Source of the DNA: Candidatus Multivoradales bacterium
GTDB lineage: Bacteria; Acidobacteriota; Thermoanaerobaculia; Multivoradales; JAHEKO01
Assembly (NCBI GenBank): GCA_965223155.1
Contig: CBDCVR010000013.1
Location: forward strand, 1,088,001-1,152,000
Direction: 5' to 3'
DNA length: 64,000 nucleotides
Part shown: positions 57,448-64,000 of the stretch, one piece after another
How the letters are laid out: each line of letters opens with the position of its first letter
How positions within the stretch are numbered: position 1 is the first letter of the stretch
Position numbers and translations under genes: made by a program
Notes under the pieces: model-generated
The model's database searches: none
What the model was told of the DNA's origin: nothing
What the model saw: only the letters and a program-made list of their open reading frames with translations

Positions 57448-58437
57448 ATGCAGCCCGAAGCCACGCAACTGAGCGACCAGGTCGAGCGCGACATCCTGGT
57501 GTTGCGCGAAGTCGAGGCCGAGATTCGCAAGGTCATCGTCGGCCAGGACTACCTCCTGGACCGGCTCCTGGTGGGGCTCCTGGCCCGCGGCCACCTTCTC
57601 ATCGAAGGCGTGCCCGGCCTGGCCAAGACCCTGGCGGTCAAGACCCTGGCCCGAACGCTCCACATCGATTTCAACCGGATCCAGTTCACGCCCGACATCC
57701 TGCCCGCCGATCTGCTCGGCACCCTGATCTACAACCAGAAGCACGGCGAGTTTCAGCCGCGCAAGGGGCCGCTCTTTACCAACCTCCTGCTGGCGGACGA
57801 GATCAACCGAGCCCCGGCCAAGGTCCAATCCGCTCTGCTCGAGGCCATGGAAGAGCGCCAGGTCACTCTGGGCGAGACCACCTATGCGCTGGCCGAGCCC
57901 TTCATGGTGCTGGCTACCCAGAACCCCATCGAGCAGGAAGGTACCTACCCACTGGCCGAAGCCCAGGTCGATCGGTTCCTGATGAAGCTGGTCCTCGGCT
58001 ACCCCGAGCGGTCCGAAGAGGCGGAGATCCTGGATCGCATGCTGGTCGAAACGGACCACGGCGTACGCACCGTGCTGGACGCCCCACGGCTCCTGGAGCT
58101 GCGCTCGACCTGCGACGCCCTGTATCTGGACCAGAAGCTCAAGGGGTACATTCTGGACGTCGTGCTCGCGACTCGTGAGCCGGACAGCGTCGGCGCCGGC
58201 GATCTGACTCCGCTCATCGCCTTCGGTGCCTCCCCGCGCGCCACCCTGTTTCTGGCGCGGGCGGCCAAAGCCCTGGCCATGGTCCGGGGCCGCGGCTACG
58301 TGATCCCGGAGGACGTCAAGGAGGTGGCACCGGACGTTCTGCGTCATCGGATCATCCCGACCTACGAGGCCGAAGCCGAAGAGATCACCCCGGACGAGCT
58401 GGTGCGCCGCCTCCTGGATCGGGTGGAAGTGCCGTAG
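57448..58437 (+). CDS. moxR: MoxR family AAA+ ATPase
   Basis: EGVPGLAKT, RIQFTPD, LADEINRAPAKVQSALLEAM, ATQNPIEQEGTY; SD AAGGAG. Confidence 0.95.
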   Translation: MQPEATQLSDQVERDILVLREVEAEIRKVIVGQDYLLDRLLVGLLARGHLLIEGVPGLAKTLAVKTLARTLHIDFNRIQFTPDILPADLLGTLIYNQKHGEFQPRKGPLFTNLLLADEINRAPAKVQSALLEAMEERQVTLGETTYALAEPFMVLATQNPIEQEGTYPLAEAQVDRFLMKLVLGYPERSEEAEILDRMLVETDHGVRTVLDAPRLLELRSTCDALYLDQKLKGYILDVVLATREPDSVGAGDLTPLIAFGASPRATLFLARAAKALAMVRGRGYVIPEDVKEVAPDVLRHRIIPTYEAEAEEITPDELVRRLLDRVEVP

Positions 58438-58446
58438 GGCTGAGCG

Positions 58447-59373
58447 ATGCTCGGCCTGAAGCGAAAGCGGGACGAACGACCCGCGGCTGGCGGCGAGGGC
58501 ATGCTGCCGGCGGAGCTCGGGCGCACCGTCCGACGCATCGAGATCTCCACCAACCGGCTGGTCGACGAAGGCATCGCCGGCGGGTACCACTCGGTCTTCA
58601 AGGGACGCGGCGTCGAGTTTTCCGAGGTACGCGCCTACCAGCCCGGCGACGACGTGCGCTCGATCGACTGGAACGTGACCGCCCGCATGGGCGCTCCCTT
58701 CGTCAAACAATTCGTCGAGGAGCGGGATCTCACGGTCTTCCTGATCGTGGACGTCTCCGGCAGCTTGGCCATCGGCTCGCGCCTGACCCTCAAGCGCGAG
58801 CTCGCCGCCGAGGTGGCAGCTCTTCTCAGTTTCGCCGCCCTGCGCAACCAAGACCGGGTCGGGGCGGCGCTGGTCAGCGACCGGCTGGAGCTTTTTCTGG
58901 AGCCCAAGCGGCGGCGCAGCCACGTCCTGCGGATGGTGCGCGAGATCCTGACGGCGGACTCGCGCGGTGGCACCGACCTCGACGCCGCCGTTGACCAGGT
59001 GCTGCGCAACCTGAAGCAGCGCGCGGTCCTGTTTCTCATTTCGGACTTCGTGGCCACTCCCTTTGCCACGGCCATCAAGCGCGCCGCCGGACGCCACGAT
59101 CTGATCGTCGTCGAAGTGACCGATCCCCGCGACCAGGCGGTGCCGCCCGTGGGCAAGATCCCGGCTCGGGACGCCGAGACCGGGCGTCTCGGCCTGGTAA
59201 GCGGCAAGAGGCTCGAGACCGCCTTCCTGCGCCGGCGCGGCGAGGAACGCCAAGAGCTCCACGGTCTGGCCCGGCGACTCGGGGCAGACCTCATCCACCT
59301 CTCGACGGACCGACCCTACCTGCCACCGCTGGTCGCCTTCTTCGAGGCCCGGCGCAAACGCCTGGCTCGATGA
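58447..59373 (+). CDS. DUF58 family protein
   Basis: FKGRGVEFSEVRAYQPGDDVRSIDWNVTAR, DVSGS, ISDF. Confidence 0.92.
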   Translation: MLGLKRKRDERPAAGGEGMLPAELGRTVRRIEISTNRLVDEGIAGGYHSVFKGRGVEFSEVRAYQPGDDVRSIDWNVTARMGAPFVKQFVEERDLTVFLIVDVSGSLAIGSRLTLKRELAAEVAALLSFAALRNQDRVGAALVSDRLELFLEPKRRRSHVLRMVREILTADSRGGTDLDAAVDQVLRNLKQRAVLFLISDFVATPFATAIKRAAGRHDLIVVEVTDPRDQAVPPVGKIPARDAETGRLGLVSGKRLETAFLRRRGEERQELHGLARRLGADLIHLSTDRPYLPPLVAFFEARRKRLAR

Positions 59374-60317
59374 GCTCGATGAGATTGCCGGCGCTGCTTC
59401 TGGTCCTCGCGCTTGGCGGTCCGGGTGCTCCCGGGCTGAGCGCTCAGGAGGATGCCCCGGGTACCGTCGCCATCTCGCTCGAGCCCCAGGAGGTCGCGGT
59501 CGGCGATCTGGTGAGCGTTCGCATCGTGGTCCAGCTGGGACCGGACTCGACCGGGGAGCTCGACGCTCCCGAATGGCAGGAGCGCTGGGGCGACGCCGAG
59601 ATTCGGGAAGTCGGTCCCGCCGAGCGCAGCGACACCGCGGCCGGGCCACGCTGGACCCAGACCTTGACCGTCACCGCCTTCCGTCCGGGGCCGGTCGAGC
59701 TACCCCAACTCCGGTTCGAGGACGCCTTGGGACGAACCTTGGTCAGCCGACCGATCGCGTTCACCGTCCGGTCGGTGCTGCCCGCCGACGGACCGGCCGA
59801 GCCCAAGCCGCCGGCGCCGCCCCGGCCGGTCACTCTGGGCGCGGCATTCTGGTGGAGCGCCGGCCTGCTCGCCGTCCTCGCGCTCGCCTTGGGTTGGAAG
59901 CTCGCGGCCCGGGCGCGCGCCGGCGCGCGGCCGGCCTTGGCGCCGATCGACCCCTGGACCGAGCTCGAACAGGGTCTCGACGAGCTCCGGGACGGCCACG
60001 ACCCGTTCGCCGTCTTTACCGGACTCAGCATCCACCTGCGACGCTTCCTGGGGCGGTCGCTGGCGTTTCCGGCGGCCGAGAGCACCACGACCGAGCTTCG
60101 CCGCCGGTTGCGCCGCACTCGCCTGAGCCCGGGCCTAGGCGGCTCGGTCCTGCGACTCCTGGAGGAAGCCGACGGCGTCAAGTTCGCCCGCCGGACTCCC
60201 ACTGGCGGACGCCACCGGGCCGCGCTCGAGGAAGCCCTCGCAGTGGCCGCCGACATCGCCCGCGAGCTTGCCCCGAAGGAGAGCGACGGCGGCCCGGAGG
60301 CGGCGGAGGCGGCATGA
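59370..60317 (+). CDS. Bat-operon-associated membrane protein (signal peptide, beta-rich domain, TM helix, helical C-terminal domain)
   Basis: Signal peptide, TM segment, AAESTTTEL...ADGVKFAR; sits between DUF58 and batA. Confidence 0.75.
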   Translation: MSSMRLPALLLVLALGGPGAPGLSAQEDAPGTVAISLEPQEVAVGDLVSVRIVVQLGPDSTGELDAPEWQERWGDAEIREVGPAERSDTAAGPRWTQTLTVTAFRPGPVELPQLRFEDALGRTLVSRPIAFTVRSVLPADGPAEPKPPAPPRPVTLGAAFWWSAGLLAVLALALGWKLAARARAGARPALAPIDPWTELEQGLDELRDGHDPFAVFTGLSIHLRRFLGRSLAFPAAESTTTELRRRLRRTRLSPGLGGSVLRLLEEADGVKFARRTPTGGRHRAALEEALAVAADIARELAPKESDGGPEAAEAA

Positions 60318-61309
60318 CCACCTTTCCCCACTTGGCGCAGCCTCTCTGGCTGCTGGCCTTGGCGGCGATTCCCGCCTTGGCCTGGCTGCGGCACCGACGC
60401 TTCCGGATCGGAGCCGTGTCGGTCAGCCGGCTGCCGGTCAAGCCAGGGGGCGCTTGGCGGCTGCACCTGCCGTTTTACAGCCGACTTCTGGCCCTGGCCT
60501 GCTTGGTCGTGGCCCTCGCCCGCCCACAGCTCGGCTACGCCTGGGAGGAGAGCCTCACCGAGGGCATCGACATCCAGATCGTGCTCGACGTCTCGGGCAG
60601 CATGGGCGCCGAGGACTTCAAGCCCGAGAATCGTCTGGGAGTCGCCAAGGCCGTGGTCCGGGACTTCGTCGCCGGCCGCACCGCCGACCGCCTGGGGCTG
60701 GTCATCTTCTCGGGTACCGCCATGACCCGGGCACCTCTGACTTCGGACCGAACCATGCTTCGGTTCCTGATTGACGCGGTCGAGCTCAACACCTTGCCCG
60801 ACGGCACCGCGATCGGGGTGGCGCTGGCCAACGCCGCCAGCCGGCTCAAGGACAGCGAGGCCGAGTCGAAGGTCGTGGTGCTGGTCACCGACGGCGTCAA
60901 CAACGCCGGCGCCATCGACCCCATCTCGGCCGCCGCCATCTGCGAAGGCCTGGGAATTCGCGTCTACACCATCGGCGTCGGGACCGAAGGGCGCGTCCCA
61001 GTGCCGATGCCGGTGGTCGATGAGCGCACCGGCCGCGAGGTCACCCGGCGCGTGTTGATGGACGTCGAGGTGGACGAGGAGCTCCTCCAGCGCATCTCAG
61101 AGCGTACCGGCGCCCGCTTTTTCCAAGCCTCGGATCCGGCTGGGCTGAGGGAAGTGTTTGCCGAGATCGACCGCTTGGAAACGACCCCCCTCCAGATCCG
61201 TCAGTACAGCCGTTTCGAGGAGGCCTTTCAGCCCTGGGTCTACGGCGCGCTCGCCCTGATCCTGCTGCCCCTGGCGGCGCGCGCGACACAGGTCACCGTC
61301 GAGCCATGA
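60314..61309 (+). CDS. batA: BatA-type vWA domain protein
   Basis: ALARPQ, MIDAS motif DVSGSM, TDG, YTIGVG; ATGA overlap. Confidence 0.88.
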   Translation: MTTFPHLAQPLWLLALAAIPALAWLRHRRFRIGAVSVSRLPVKPGGAWRLHLPFYSRLLALACLVVALARPQLGYAWEESLTEGIDIQIVLDVSGSMGAEDFKPENRLGVAKAVVRDFVAGRTADRLGLVIFSGTAMTRAPLTSDRTMLRFLIDAVELNTLPDGTAIGVALANAASRLKDSEAESKVVVLVTDGVNNAGAIDPISAAAICEGLGIRVYTIGVGTEGRVPVPMPVVDERTGREVTRRVLMDVEVDEELLQRISERTGARFFQASDPAGLREVFAEIDRLETTPLQIRQYSRFEEAFQPWVYGALALILLPLAARATQVTVEP

Positions 61310-62355
61310 TGTTCGCCGCCCCCAAGCTGTTGTGGTTCCTGGTCCTGGCCCCGCTTGCGGTCCTCCTCGGAGCCGCCTTCTGGAATCGGCTCCGACGCCG
61401 CCTGACCGCCTGGGCACAGCCCGGGCTCTGGCATCGTCTGGGAATCGCCTATTCCCGCGTCCGGGTCTGGCGGTCTCTCGTGGCCCTGGGCCTGGCCCTG
61501 GCCGCCATCGCGTTGGCCTTGGCGCGGCCGCGCTGGGGCACGGTCGAGACCGAAGTCGAGCGTCAGGGCGTGGACATCGTCTTCCTGCTGGATTCTTCAC
61601 TCTCGATGGCGACCGAAGACGTGGTTCCCTCCCGGCTGGCCATCGCGAGATCGCTGATCCGCCGCCTGGCTTCGAGCCTGCCCGGGCACCGGGTGGCCCT
61701 GGTCCAGGCCGAAGGCAAAGGTCTGGTGCTGGCTCCGCTGACCACCGACGCAGCCGTGCTGGACCTGCTGCTGGACACGGTGCTGCCGGCGAGCCTGCCC
61801 GAACCCGGAACCCAGCTCGGCGACGCCCTGCGCCAGGCCGTGGACCTCTACCCTCCAGACGGTGAGAAGCACCGCGTCCTCGTGGTGGTCTCGGACGGCG
61901 AGGACCACGGCAGCGCCTGGCAGGCCTCGCTTCAGAAGCTCAAGGACGCATCGGTCGTCGTCCATACCCTGGGTGTCGGGACCCAGCGCGGTGGACCCAT
62001 CCCGCTGCCGACGGCGGACGACCGGAGCGCCCCGGCCCAACGCTACAAGCTGGACTCCGACGGCCGTGTGGTGGTCTCCAAGTTGGGCGAGTCCACGCTG
62101 GAGCGAATGGCGGCCGAGACCGGCGGGATCTACCTTGCCGTCACCAGTCCGGCCACCGATCCGGGGCCGGTCGTCCAAGCCATCGACGCCATGGACAAGC
62201 GGTCGTTCGAGGCGCGGGCGGTCGACGTTCTTGCGGAACGGTTTCAGTGGCCTCTAGGACTCGCCGCTCTCTGCCTGGCGCTCCATCTGATGGCCTCGCC
62301 ACTGGTCACCGCCGCCCGTCCAGATGCGGCTCACGCCGGAGGCCGGGACCGATGA
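61306..62355 (+). CDS. batB: BatB-type vWA domain protein
   Basis: ALARPRWG, DSSLSM, SDGEDH, ERFQWP. Confidence 0.87.
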   Translation: MMFAAPKLLWFLVLAPLAVLLGAAFWNRLRRRLTAWAQPGLWHRLGIAYSRVRVWRSLVALGLALAAIALALARPRWGTVETEVERQGVDIVFLLDSSLSMATEDVVPSRLAIARSLIRRLASSLPGHRVALVQAEGKGLVLAPLTTDAAVLDLLLDTVLPASLPEPGTQLGDALRQAVDLYPPDGEKHRVLVVVSDGEDHGSAWQASLQKLKDASVVVHTLGVGTQRGGPIPLPTADDRSAPAQRYKLDSDGRVVVSKLGESTLERMAAETGGIYLAVTSPATDPGPVVQAIDAMDKRSFEARAVDVLAERFQWPLGLAALCLALHLMASPLVTAARPDAAHAGGRDR

Positions 62356-63173
62356 GCCGCCTCTTGCCCGCCATGCTGCTCCTGGCCGGAGGCTGGTCCT
62401 TCGGTGGCGTGGACCTCGACCGGCTGCGCTGGAACGTCCGCGAACGCACCGAAGCCGGCCTCGACGCTCTAGAAGAAGCCCGGACCGACGAGGCCGTGGC
62501 GGCGTTCGAGACGGCGGCCGGCATCGACCCGGAGGCACCCCGCCCACGCTTCAACGCCGGCACGGCCAGGCTTCTGGCGGCCGGCTCGGCTGGCTCCCCT
62601 GGCTTCACTAACCCCGGTGCCGGCGGTGCGGGCAGTGACTCCGCCGCGGCGGCCATCGCTCATCTCGAAGCAGCCGCGGCGGCCGCCGGCCCGCCGGACC
62701 GGCCGGACACCCTCTACAACCTCGGCAACGCCCACTTCCAGGCCGGCGATCTGGCCGGAGCCATCGATGCTTTCGAGGAAACGTTGCGCGTTGCTCCCGG
62801 CCACCTGGCCGCCAAGCACAACCTCGAGATCGCCCTCCAGCAGCAACAACAGCAACAAGAGCAGCAGCAAGAGGACGGCCCCGAGAACGATTCCGACGAC
62901 GACGACGACTCCGAGCAATCGCCATCGCCCGAAGGCGAGGATTCCAACGAGGAGACCGGGCCGGACGGCCGTTCGGACGATCCGGGCGAGCAGCATCCCC
63001 CAGAGCCCGAAGCCGGCCCATCCGATCTCCCCGATTTCGAGGAGCAGGAGGACATGTCGCGCGAGCAGGCCGAGGCTATCCTGGAAGCGGTCGAGAACAT
63101 GGAGCGCGAGCAGCGTCGGCGCCTGGCCGCCGAGGGCCAGAAGGATGCGGCGGCGAAGGGCAAGGACTGGTGA
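62352..63173 (+). CDS. batC: BatC-type TPR protein with a poly-Q/acidic linker
   Basis: YNLGNAHF TPR, AKHNLE, QQQQQQQE, MSREQAEAIL, C-terminal KDW. Confidence 0.82.
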   Translation: MSRLLPAMLLLAGGWSFGGVDLDRLRWNVRERTEAGLDALEEARTDEAVAAFETAAGIDPEAPRPRFNAGTARLLAAGSAGSPGFTNPGAGGAGSDSAAAAIAHLEAAAAAAGPPDRPDTLYNLGNAHFQAGDLAGAIDAFEETLRVAPGHLAAKHNLEIALQQQQQQQEQQQEDGPENDSDDDDDSEQSPSPEGEDSNEETGPDGRSDDPGEQHPPEPEAGPSDLPDFEEQEDMSREQAEAILEAVENMEREQRRRLAAEGQKDAAAKGKDW

Positions 63174-64000
63174 GGCGGGCTGTCGCCGTCGCGCCAGCTG
63201 TCCTGGCTGCGCTGACTGTCCTGGCCGTGGGAATCTGCCTGGCCGCCGGGCCGGTCCGAGCCGAGGTTCGTCTCTCGGTCCGCGTGGCACCCGAGCGCAT
63301 CGGCGTCGGCCAGAGCACGCTCCTCGAGATCACCGCTCACGGCGACGGTGTCGCCGACCTCGAGATCGACCCGCGGTTCGCCCTCGAGAACCTGGAGATC
63401 GCTTCCGGTCCACATCAGTCGATGCGCTGGAACGTGGTCAATGGCAAGGCCTCGCGATCCGAGAGTCTGTCCTGGCGACTGCGCCCGCAGGCCGTGGGAA
63501 CGGCCCGAGTTCACGGCATCGTCGTGCGCGTCAACGACCAGACGTTCGAGCACCCCGATCAGTCACTGACCGTCGAAACCGAGGACGTGGCTCAGACCGA
63601 TCCGTTCGGACGGACGCGCGTGCCGAGTCCGTTCGAGGACCTGCTGTTCCCGCGACGCCGTCCGCGGCCGGGGACCGCCGAACCCAAGCTCTTCCTGCGC
63701 GCCGAGGTCAGCCCCAGCCGACCGTACGCCGGCCAGCAGGTTCTCTACACCCTGTATCTCTTCACCCAGGCCGACATCGGGTCGATCAACCCCGAACGGG
63801 TGCCGGACTTCGAAGGTTTCTGGGTGCAGGATATCCCGCAGCCCGAGCCGCTCAAGCCCGAGATGGTCGAGCTCCAGGGCGCAACCTACGGTCGTGTCGC
63901 CCTGCTCCAAAAGGCCGTCTTTCCGCTCCGGCCCGGAAGCTTCCGTCTGGATCCGGTCGAGGCTCGCATCCTCGCCAAGGTACCCGAATACGGCTGGCTG
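63170..64000 (+). CDS. batD: BatD family protein (3' end runs off the window)
   Basis: GTGA overlap; signal peptide, then ERIGVGQ...VNGKASRSESLSWRLRP...YAGQQVLYTLYL...PDFEGFW; absent from the ORF track because it has no stop in the window. Confidence 0.82.
   Translation, partial: MRRAVAVAPAVLAALTVLAVGICLAAGPVRAEVRLSVRVAPERIGVGQSTLLEITAHGDGVADLEIDPRFALENLEIASGPHQSMRWNVVNGKASRSESLSWRLRPQAVGTARVHGIVVRVNDQTFEHPDQSLTVETEDVAQTDPFGRTRVPSPFEDLLFPRRRPRPGTAEPKLFLRAEVSPSRPYAGQQVLYTLYLFTQADIGSINPERVPDFEGFWVQDIPQPEPLKPEMVELQGATYGRVALLQKAVFPLRPGSFRLDPVEARILAKVPEYGWL

Noticed and set aside
54963-59649. Very long alternative-frame ORFs (54963..58178 + and 56974..59649 -)
   Set aside because: Arg/Pro/Gly-rich off-frame translations overlapping rsmB, rsmA, moxR and DUF58; no domain signal.
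62838-62960. Poly-Gln/Asp trinucleotide repeat in the TPR gene as a contingency locus
   Set aside because: The codons are mixed CAG/CAA and in frame; a low-complexity linker is typical of BatC proteins.

Overview
A high-GC bacterial chromosomal segment made up mostly of housekeeping genes. The cysteine-rich insert in RpoB, the short EF-Ts and the rplM-rpsI-rpsB-tsf-pyrH-frr order suggest Acidobacteriota (inference). Bases 1-23.4 kb hold the minus-strand translation/transcription supercluster: tRNAs, tuf, tRNA-Trp, secE, nusG, rplKAJL, rpoBC, rpsLG, fusA, a second tuf, the S10 operon and the start of spc. The two tuf copies appear identical and rpmG is missing. The Thr-Tyr-Gly-Thr tRNA run is split by two opposite-strand genes, a REC-GGDEF-EAL-GGDEF-EAL protein and a DUF885-like protein. 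Next come rlmB/frr/pyrH/tsf/rpsB/rpsI/rplM; a coupled operon of membrane diguanylate cyclase-ubiE-folD-coaE-rdgB; arcA-arcC-arcB; NlpC/P60; purB-rlpA; moaC-namZ-aminotransferase-serA-ddl; a GT2; ftsK; fmt-rsmB; rsmA; and a MoxR/DUF58/Bat operon. I found no mobile element, CRISPR array, rRNA or clear new multi-gene system. The most unusual signals are regulatory: three genes (rdgB, rlpA, ftsK) that appear to need CTG start codons, a near-consensus sigma54 promoter before the MoxR-Bat operon, TAG as the main stop codon in highly expressed genes, a GATC heptamer array just upstream of rpoB, and a probably leaderless fmt.
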